A stretch of DNA of 64,000 nt from positions 72,253,306-72,317,305 of the forward strand of contig NC_068988.1 of the NCBI RefSeq assembly GCF_001194135.2. Direction: 5' to 3'. Below are positions 41,301 to 52,600 of this stretch, piece by piece. Under the pieces are notes generated by a model. That model worked only from the letters and a program-made list of their open reading frames with translations, did not search any database and was not told the origin of the DNA. Position numbers and translations under genes: made by a program. The stretch comes from Octopus bimaculoides (Eukaryota). Positions within the stretch are counted from its first letter, which is position 1. Every line of letters starts with the position of its first letter.

Positions 41301-44287
41301 TTTCTGGAACTCCTCTCCCGTAACCGTAAAGTTCTTTCATTCCGATATAATCGGAATCTTCACCATTTGAAGCGTATTTGTAGAAATTTCATTTTGAAAT
41401 ACCCATTTTTCTAGAAGTTATGAGGAAACAAAATCGATGTGGCACATTTGTGTATGGACGCCCATTGCTTTAGCTTAAATAATGCTAAGATTATATTGCT
41501 ATCATTTATCTTCATATCGGATTGCTTCACTTCTCTCTCATTTTGTATGTAAAGATATTTCATTATATAACTCCATGTTTTATAAAAGCAAACAATACAC
41601 TTCTTTCGTTCGGTATGCATCAAATGGGTGTCAATAATGTGCACGAGATGTGCTCAGTTTTTCTCTGCACATAAACGTAGATAGGATGACATACCTATCC
41701 AATGTGCCCCACTGTGTTTCTTTCGTCATAACTTCCAGAAAAAAATGGTTATTTTTTAATGAAATTTTCTACAAATACTTTCAGAGTGTGTAAATAATGA
41801 TTATATCGGAATTTAATATTAAAAAAAAACGGTGAACATGCACACATGCATACTCACACACATTACAATTTATATCGAAATTTCAAGTTTCATTCTGTAG
41901 ATAGATATGTGTGTCAGTATGATTGTGTGCGAGTCCACCAATTTGATTTTTCTTCATATTAAATTCCAACATAATTAGAGTCTTTACACTCTGAAAGGTA
42001 TTTGTTGAAAATTTCTATAACAAATACACATTTTTCTCAAAATTATGAGGAAACAAAAGCTGACTCATGTGAATTCGCCGAAACACCAACAAACACCCCC
42101 ACCCAACTCCCACTCACGGAAAACATTTCTTTCACAATAAATTCCAATATAATCAGAATGTACGTCCCCTGAAGCGTATTTGTTGAAAATTTCATTAAAA
42201 AATATCTCTTTCTCTGAAAATCATGAACAAACAACTTCGCAGGGTGAGCACACTTGTATAGATATACCGATAACATAGCAGTATTGATGATGATATTGTC
42301 ATTAGAAAGAAATACAAACAGTATTAAACATGCATCCAAGTGTGAATATAAATATATTGAAATTTATTTGCAGCATTTAGGTAGTAATTTTTCATTGCTT
42401 TATAAATCCACTTTCTTTTAATATAATTGCATTTCATCTTATAGCTCTTTTTAACGTTTTCCATTATTGACGTTCGAGCTTCCTTCATGTTGCATGTCTT
42501 GCCTGCATTCTTCCCACATGCATGTCATATGCATACTTATGCATATACACTATAGTAATATATGATATATTAATGTCAAATCAATGTAAAATATGCTATC
42601 TTAAAGATAGCGTGTTTGCACTATTTCCATATATAAAATACATTACCAATTATGTACCATACGAATAATATATTTATTTCTGTTGGTGAATTATAAACCT
42701 GGAAGTGCATGAAATTAGAACAGAACAGGATTGAACTCCACAACATTTTACCATGTCAGTTCGCATTTTTTTTTTCATGTTTCTGTAACCACTGCACAAT
42801 GATACATAATTTAAAGAAGAGACTCATCTTCCATATTAATATTACATCATTCCAAAAATCATAGTAACGTAAGAGAATGAGAAGTGTTTTTTTTTTCAGA
42901 TAGTTAAAATTTGAATGATAATTTTGTGAGTTACGAGGTTGTCGTCCGGATGCTGCCAAAAGGATATATAACTTATATATTGTCCTGTGGTCCAGGCAAA
43001 GGCACAAACCTATTAACAGCTCAGTCAATCTAACGACTAGTTGTGCCCCATAAATATAATTTGCAGACAGGGTAAACGAGAACTACATAACGGACAACTT
43101 TTTTGGCTTGTCTGTAATTGCTAGGTAAAATATCTCATAGCCAGAAGTGGAATATTCTGGAAATCAATCAAAGCTGAGTAAGCTGGGATATATTCCCACA
43201 TATCTCACTCAGTGCACAGCACTGTTCTAGATCAAATGTGCTACATTCATAATTATGATGAATAACTATTGAAATGAAATTCAAGCAACAGTCTTACTCC
43301 TATTCCCCGCGCGCGCGCGCGCGCGCACACACACACACACACACAAAAACACACACACACAAACACACAATCAAATAGCATTTATTTTATTTATTTACTT
43401 ATTTATTTTTCATAACAGGTTTTCCATTCACATTTCTTATTCCCTGGATTTTTGCACGTATATATTATGACAACACACTGTAAGTAACATTTCATATTTC
43501 ATTCCTTGTATTATTGTACTAATCAAATAGTTTTCAGCAGCGACCATCCCGTCTTTTTTGAAATCAGGGAATACATTATCTAATATATCCTTTCGTTTAA
43601 GATGATAAAATATGACTTGAGGAAGGTTTTGCTGCTATTTTTACGAGGTCGAGTAGGGTGGTCTTACATGAGTGATCTCACATGGTTTTATTCTGTTAAC
43701 AGACGATAAATGAAATAGTGTTATATAATTCTGTCAAAATTATTAGCAGTATAAGTGAAATGGCTTCAACTTAGGTGAATCTTAATTCCACACGTCATAA
43801 CTTAACAAGCAAGTGAATAGGAATACTACGTTTCTTTTTGTTCATTGACTAACAAAAGGAGTATTGCCGGGGCAATGATGTTGTTACACACAGACACGCC
43901 AAAAAAAAAGGCTAATTGATATCTAGTGACTCACAAAGGTCTAAGGCTTTGGCCCACAAATGTGATGTCCCCTATGTCTTGTCTACAACTAAGATTGCTC
44001 TCTGCTTTTCATCACCCGCATTAACCGCTACTCCAACTCCTTTCTTCCCAGAATGTCAACTCACTGGGGCCCCTTTCCTTTCTTATTCAAGCCTGTTCTG
44101 CCAGTTTCGAATTGCAACACTTTAAACTGAACGTTAACAGCATCAGTCTCATCTGTCAGCGATGGACTGCTGATATTATAAGCACCACCCCTTCCTTCAG
44201 ATCTAGCAAGTAACAAGAAATGTGAAGTAATAATTTATGCCCAAATTCATTGACTATATTGTTGATATGCATGTTTTCTCTGTTTCA

Positions 44288-44335
<48 letters not shown>

Positions 44336-46987
44336 TAATAATAATAATGATGATGACGACGATGATGATTATGATGATGATGNNNNNNNNNNAAGAAGAA
44401 GAAGAAGAAGAAGAATATTCACATTGATTCTTGCTAAGTGAATAGAATGTGCTTCACTAAAGAGGAGTAATAAGCCACCATTTGGCTTTAAAGAGCAGAT
44501 CAAGTTTAATCTACATTGGACATATCCAACAATTTCGATCAATTATTCTTGTTGCTGGAATTATCTCCCTTGCTTTTTTGCAATTTGATTCTAAACACCC
44601 GCAGAAGTTTTTGTCTACGAATTGCTTTGATAATATTAGTTGATCGAAATTTTTGGATTCTCTGTATTATTTATGAGGGGTCAAACAGTATTTTTCGTTT
44701 GTGAGCGATGAAATATACACCAGTAAAAGTAATTGATAAATTTAATCAATTCTCATTCACTACTTAACCCATAATTATCTTTTATTGATAGATGCTGGAG
44801 TGTGAATACTCACTGGAGTTATTTATGGATTATACGCGGTCCTATTACATTGACTATCATTGTGAGTAACCTTAAAGTTTCAGTTTTTCTAGACACAAAG
44901 TTTTGTATTTTTAACGTAACAAGGAAGAAACTGTACCCTTCCAAAACAAAGGTTGCAGTGAATAGATGACAACCAGGGAACACAATGCTTTTCTCACTCT
45001 ATCATGATTTCTGCAATCAATTTCATAACCCAATTAATTGTTGGATCACCACTAAACACTTTTTGTGTTCTTGTTGTTGTGATAAAGTCGGCTCCTGTAT
45101 CAATATTGAATTTACTTCTAGAAATAGGAATATGAAAGTAAACGTTAAAGTTTGATTTTAAAGTCTTGAAAATATGAACTATGTGTAACTGAAATTTTAT
45201 GTAAGCATGCAATTGGTTAAACTGTACATTAATACAAACTACAACTAAATGTTTACTAAAACTATGATTAATTATCTATTCTACTAGCGTATTTACTGAA
45301 TCTTTTCTCTTTTTTTTTTCAGATAAATTTTCTATTTTTCCTTGACAACATTCGGGTTTTACGAGAAAGGACTCGAGCCCGAGGCAACAGCCGCACTTTC
45401 AGGTAAATGTAAGTAGTTCGTTCCGTATCAAAACTGCGTCATAGTCATTATCACTGCCATCGTCTGTATCATTAGGATGTGGAACATCATTGCCATCATC
45501 ATTGCCATCATCAGCATCATTATGATTTATAATCTTCACGTGTAATCATTGTTGGAAAACAGTTCAGGGATCATGTGTATAACTTTTGATTATCTTTTGC
45601 TTTTTACTTGTCTCAGTCACTGGAGAGCGGCTGGGGCACTGCTTCGAAAGGTTGAGTCGAACAAATCGATTCCAGTACATATTTTTTCTAAAGCCTGGTA
45701 CTTAATCTATCTCACCCTTTTGCCGAATTCAGTGACCAGTGAAGCTATAGTAGTGCTATGGCAATTTCAGTCAATTAAAGCTGGCTGCGGATAAATAAAC
45801 GACAGCTTCCAACCAGCAGTATTGCGCGCCATTTTCAATTTAGTCAGCGTAAGGACTCGGGATTTTCATCATCGCGAACGGCTCCTAGTTTCTCACTTCA
45901 ACTTAGCGTCGTGGTCATCTTTTACAGTCCAGTTCTCTCAACACAATTGATACCATGAATAATTCTTTCTCATCCCAGCTAGCACAGACCAACTTACTAT
46001 TGCAAGCTTATCACTGCTTACAACTTCTCATTCATGCCTACGTAAGTTATTTCGGCTTCCCGCATACATACCTACATACCCAACATAGACATACAGGCCT
46101 CAACTCTCACTACTTGTCTGCAGTTGGACACTTATCATTGTTATAACTTACCAGCACTCATTGGATTTGTTGTGGGAATACATATTCAGTACCAGCTGTT
46201 GATGTGGCTGCGTGTATATTATTACAAGAGTTCATATAGAGATGAAGAATAAATTCAAGAACTATATATTTGCTACACAAAAATATTTTTTATTTGCTGG
46301 TCGATGATGATACTTAATCAAAACGTAGAATCTAGTTAAATGAAGTAATCTATGCAAGAAAGTTCAGAGATAGGAAATATAGATATAACAGCTAAGTGGT
46401 GGCTTTCAGTTATGTGGCGTAGAGAAATAGACGGACATAGCAATGACGTGAATGGCTCTAAGTCTAATCAACTAAGAAGCGAAGTGCAGGGTTAGCAAAC
46501 TGTTTTTATTAATGGAACGCTAAACATTCTAGAAACTTCCAAGAGAAACGCTAAGCTTCTTGAATAATTAAGAATCACGTCTCATGACACAGATGCTTCG
46601 AGAAACTTAGTAAAGGGAGGTTACTCTATAATCCTTCTTGCAAAGGAGACCATTCAACTATTTAGCTACATAGACCACTACAGATTAAATAAAGTTTAAT
46701 ATTTTGTTATAAATGAACTGCGTTCTGACAATATTTTCTCCACACCCTCACGTTAACCTGAGCCCGTAACAACTTGTCTCAGTCACTGGTCAGCGGCTGG
46801 GACACTGCTTCGAAGGGTTTTGTCGAACAAATCAACCTCAGTACATATTTTTTCTAAAACCCGGTATTTATTCTATCTCGCATTTTTGCCGAACCGTTAT
46901 GTTATGGGAAAGTAAACAAATAAACATCAAACGGCGGTTGGCAAGCTCTTGTGGGGAACACTCAGACGAGTGCGCGCGCACGCACAC

Positions 46988-47038
<51 letters not shown>

Positions 47039-49624
47039 ATCACACATGCACGCACACACACATACGCGCATACACATAGGATTACTCCAGAAGATGGGAA
47101 TAATGAGCAGTAGCCAGCAAGTAGCACAGGTGCCTTTATGAATGCACTCTGAGCCATTTGCTCTAAACAAATTGAAAGTGGCTATGTAGTAAGATGCTTT
47201 GCAGCCAATTGTTTTCGATGAATACCACAGTGAACTTCAAATATATATGGGGTTGCTTCCTCTAAATATGCTGTAATACCTCCTCGATTACGGCCAATCA
47301 TAACTGGTGCGCCATCTGTTGCACATTCAATAATATTTGTGAGAAGAATGTTTGCAGCATTAAGAAAATGTTCAAGAATCTTTAAAAATTGTAGAACTGT
47401 TTGTGTCAAGTACCATTTTTTTCATAAAAATTTCCTGATTTGAATCTACATAACGGAATGTATATAACGGAAGTAGGCCATCAGTAAAGATTCATTGTCG
47501 CATTAAGTTGACTCATCAACTTGTAAAGAAAATGTTCGTTTTATAAAGCATCACATAGTTTACTTTCTACATCTTCAGTCATATCCTCTATGCTTGCTGC
47601 CACTGTACTATTACTGAGAGGAACTGTTATAGCCCTTTTACTTGGGCAAATCATAGTACCCAAAACTTCATTTATAGCTAGTAAGAGAAGAGTTTCGCCA
47701 ATAGTATTCGTTTTTCAATATTGCGCAATTAATTTTGAAAGCTTATAATACATAACCAGCCCCTTCTGTAGTTGCCTAGTTTGTTTTGTAAACAACACTT
47801 GGGCAAGTGTCTTCTACTGTAACCTCAGGCCGATTAAAGCCTTGTGAGTGTGTGTGTTCGCTTTTTTGTTTGGGACGTTAAAGACCGTGAGATGGCAGAA
47901 TCGTTAGCACGCCGGGTAAAATGCACCACAATTAACGGAGCATATTATGCTTCTCTGCTGCAGAAATTATGGGAAGCCATTAAAGCAGACAGGCGTGGTA
48001 TGCTGACGAAAGGAGTTTGCCTCCACCAAGACAATGGCCCAGTTCACAATGCGCATGTTGCCCAGATGAAAGCACTCTCCTGCGACTATGAAACCCTTCC
48101 TTACCCCCCCCCCCCCTTACTCTCTCGATCTTGCACCATCTGACTTCTACTACTTTCCAACCATGAAGTCTTTTTCGAAGGGGAAGCACTTTTCGGATGA
48201 TGAACTTATTTCCGAGGTAAAATCTTGGCTCCAGACGCAACCTAGCGACTTCTACAGACGAGGTCTTCACAGCTGTATAAAGCAAAGGGAGAAGTGGGTC
48301 ACCATTGGTAGAGAAGGACTAATAATTATGCCAAGTTTCATTTATCCCAGTCCTTGGGAAGTGGGTCAGGGGAAATCTTTAATGAACACCCCTCGTATAT
48401 ATGCGTATGTGAGTGAGTACGTGTACTGAATGAGTTACGCAAAAAAATATTAATGAACTGAAATGTTACTTTTAATTAGAAAAAGAAAATAAAAACATAT
48501 TTGCGACTCGGAGGGAAAGGAAAGGCAATTTCAATGAATTAAGAATTTTTGCAAAAATAATTTATTCTCGTCTTTAGGGGAAACATAAGTATTGTTAGAA
48601 GGGATATTGCTAAGAAATTTATTCTATTCTAATGCTTTTAGATTTGTGTTGCAATACAGCAACTATATTTAATAATAATCTTTATGTGTATACTGCATTT
48701 TTGTGTATGTGTATCAATGTACGTATGCATATATATATGCATGCATGTATTTATACATATGTATGTCCTCAAGTACAATGCGATCTCACATATAACTCAG
48801 TGGGCATTATACTCTAAGACACCAGCGTATGATCGCTATAAATTTAAAGCACATAAAACATTTAATTCTTTAAATACCTCCATCCACTTTTTTTTTTTAT
48901 TAGCATCTCCTCTGAGTCCTATTCTATTCACTTTTAACAAGGATTTAAAGAATGCTTTCTGCAAAGTCTCCGGGTACTACTCGTGAAATTCTGAAAGCTT
49001 GTCTAACGTATTATTTCTCATCTTTTCACACTATCTGCTGGTGAAACTTTATACCAAGAGTTGTTACAATACAGAAGTCATCTCACTTTGTCTTCTCGAC
49101 ATTCAGTCAATTCTTTTGCCAGGCATGAATAGTGAGCTTGTTTTCCCATTAGAGATATTTATATTGTTTGATATTTTCTACAGTTGGGTTTTGTTCTTTG
49201 TTCATGAAAACATCAAAGTTCCTTGAAGCTGTAGAGCTATCGTTCTTTTCAGAGAATTCTATGACTACGATTAATTTTGGCCTGTGATCAATATGTTTCT
49301 TTTATCCAAACTTTTATTGTAAGGGTGTACTGAATATGATTTTCGCTAGTAATATACGTTAGAAATGTAACTTACGTGCTCTAAACTATAATCATTTAAA
49401 TTAAATAGTAATGTGTAAAGCCACACATCATTAATGTGCTAATGGAATTAGAATTTACCATTGCATGCGTTTTCCGGTTGTCGCTGGCAAGAAAGTGCAT
49501 GTATTTAGTCGTTACTTGTCACGAGGTAGATCCAGTGACATTTATATGCTTACTGTTGATGACATCGGGTAGCCGTAGACAGTGAAAGCTCTTTAATTGG
49601 CATACTGTCTAGTGTATACTCAGG

Positions 49625-49666
<42 letters not shown>

Positions 49667-52600
49667 NNNNNNNNNNCATATGTATGTATGCATGTGTATA
49701 TGTACGCATGTATGTATGTATGTATGTATGTATGTATGTATGTATGTATATATGTATGTATGTATATATGTATGTATGTATTATGTATGTACGTATGTTT
49801 TATATATGTATTCCCATGCATAGAGTTACATATCTAGACATGCTCATGTTTATTTAAAAGATAGACTTCTAGAAAGTTTTACAGATTTTTACAGTTCCAG
49901 TGATGGATTGGATCTGAAGTCTTCGAATTAGCTTTCTCCTTTCTGGTTTTGAGAAGCCTAATATCTCAAGATTGGTATTTAGGCAGTGTGTTACATATCC
50001 CAGGGCCACAATAATTACAGGTATAAACCTGAACTTGTAACTTCAGATTTCTCAATAGTTCAGCATAGGTGTTCTCTTTTTTCACTGATCCTCAGCTTTA
50101 TGCTAACATCTGCTCGGAAGCTAATTTCCACAACTGTGCACATTTTCTCGTCTTTATCCCTAACCATATACCAGGTCTGTCGTCCTTACATTTTATTGAG
50201 GTCTTCACTGGGACATTCCACCAGTATTCCTTTTCATTATGAGTGGCTATGGCTTCTACCATATTGTGGGTTTTTATTTCTTTGTCCTCGGGGTTATCCT
50301 TCCGATGGATTTCATTATAGAGTGCCCAAGCTAGAACGTCATGTCTCATCGGTAGATAACACTGTGATGACATTTTTGGACAACTTTTTATGAAGTTGGT
50401 GACATCTTTGGTGTGAACTCCACAAAGTCTGTATCGCTTGTCACATTTTACGGCTTTTCTTGCATCTCTATCTCTTTTGTGCATCAGGTACTTGGTTGAT
50501 ATTTCTTGTTCCTGGATTGGAAACGCATAGCCTGCAAAGTGGGAGGTAGTAATCCGGCTATTGGTCCATGATAAACTGCTTTGATGATCAATGTTACTAA
50601 CATCACAGATGATAGTAACATATCCATGCATAGTCATCTGCTCATATAGGCTCATCCTTTCATCTGATGATATGTTGCGGTAGAGTCGTGCGACTTCTTT
50701 GGGCATGTATTCTAGGTTATCAGAGAAAGAGTATTGCTCAAGTAGCTGCCTTCCAAGTCTTATGCTATGAGCCTCATATATGCAAACTTGGTCAAGAGAT
50801 GCACTTCGACGCTTCGTGGTTAAAAGATGCTGCCGGAGGGATATGATGCAACATTCAAAGGTATTTTGATCTGATGTTAAGCCTCTGCCGCCTTGTTTAC
50901 ATTTTAGGTAGAGGCGGTCTACGTCACTGTTTATGTGGAAATTATGTGTGCTTGTTAGTATTTTTCGAGTTTTCACATCAATAGCTCGGATTTCATCAAG
51001 CGTCCAATCAAGCAGCCCAAATGTTGGTATGAGTACTGGCACTGCAAACATATTGTGGGCCACTGTTTTATTGTATGCAGAGAATTCTGAGGTCTTAATT
51101 TTCTTTATTTGGCTGTAATATTCTTTAGTGACACGTGTTTTGTTACACGTGCCAGTGTAAGCTATATTTTCATTCACTCCTAGATACCTGTAACATTCCC
51201 CGTCAGATACAGGGAAAACAGTCAAATCATTGTTGGAGATATTACTAGTCTGGTTTATAGCTTTCCCCCTTTTCACAACAATATAACAGCATTTATCCTG
51301 ACCAAACTCCAACGCTACATCCTTTGAGAATGTTGTAACTAGGTCAAGTCTCTTTTTCATCTCATGCATATTCTTTGCATAAAGTTTTAAGTCATCTAGA
51401 AAGAAACTGTGTAATTTTTGTATTTCTGTTTCCTTGTGAACCAGTGAGATATCCTTCAGACTTCCTTAACATGAATGACAAGGGGTTTACAGAAAGTAGA
51501 AACATCACAGAGAGGCTGTCTCTTTGAAATGTGCCTTTGCGATATTGTATTCTATCGATGATAATCCATGTATGTACGTATGTATGTATGTATGTATGTA
51601 TGTATGCATGTATGTATGTATGTATGCAGGTATGTATGTATGTATGTATGTATGCATGTATGTATGTATGTATATTTGTATGCTCATTCATGTTTTAGCC
51701 CAGTTTCAATAAAGTAATATAATTGTGCATTCTCCGTTTTCTTTTCCAGATATTTTCTATGGATTCGGAAGTGTCAAATTTAAATTCAAACCATGGCCTT
51801 AAGTTAAATAGCATATTTTTCGTTATTTTCCTTCAATCGTAAGTATTGATTTACAGCATAAAATATAAGGATGGGTACAGTTGATTAAATCGTTTCTCCT
51901 ACTTTGCTGGTATATATTTTATTGACGCCAGAAGGAAGAACGTCTAAGAAATTGAAGGAGAATTGCAGAAAGACTGGGTGCCTTTTGTTACTTGTTCTCT
52001 TTATTCTGCTGAATCTGTACGTATTGTTAACAGTGCTTGAAGAAATGTGTTCTTTGATTTGATATCGTCTCTCAACTACAAATCACTTTGAACATATATG
52101 TACAATTTCCTACTTTCCAGGATATTCCTCAGTTCGTATAAACATTTGACACATTTCCTGTGTCCTTATATTTACAAGGGGGAGACTTAGCTGGGTGGAG
52201 GTGCTTGTCTCCCCCTTGTAAACATAAGGACACAGGAAATGTGTCAAGGCCGACAGGAAGCGGTGCAGCTTCCTAGGTCTAACAAACAGTAGTATTATTC
52301 TCTTCAGGGGACTGTCACATTAAGTTGACAGCATACAACTACTTCATCGTATCACTACTGCATAAATCTCTCTGAGAGATTTAGAAATGTATCATTTCTA
52401 AATAAACTGCTTGTTCTCCAATTCCGTTAACTCTTGTTCAAAGTTCAGTTCCCATGAGAAACGGGATTAATATGTGTCCTTCGAAAGTGATTTTGCTTTA
52501 TCTTTATAAACTGTAATGCAGGTGAAATTATCCTGTTGACCGAATAGATAAGATATTTGGCTCACCATTCCTTAGTCATGATATACAAAATAAATAGAAA

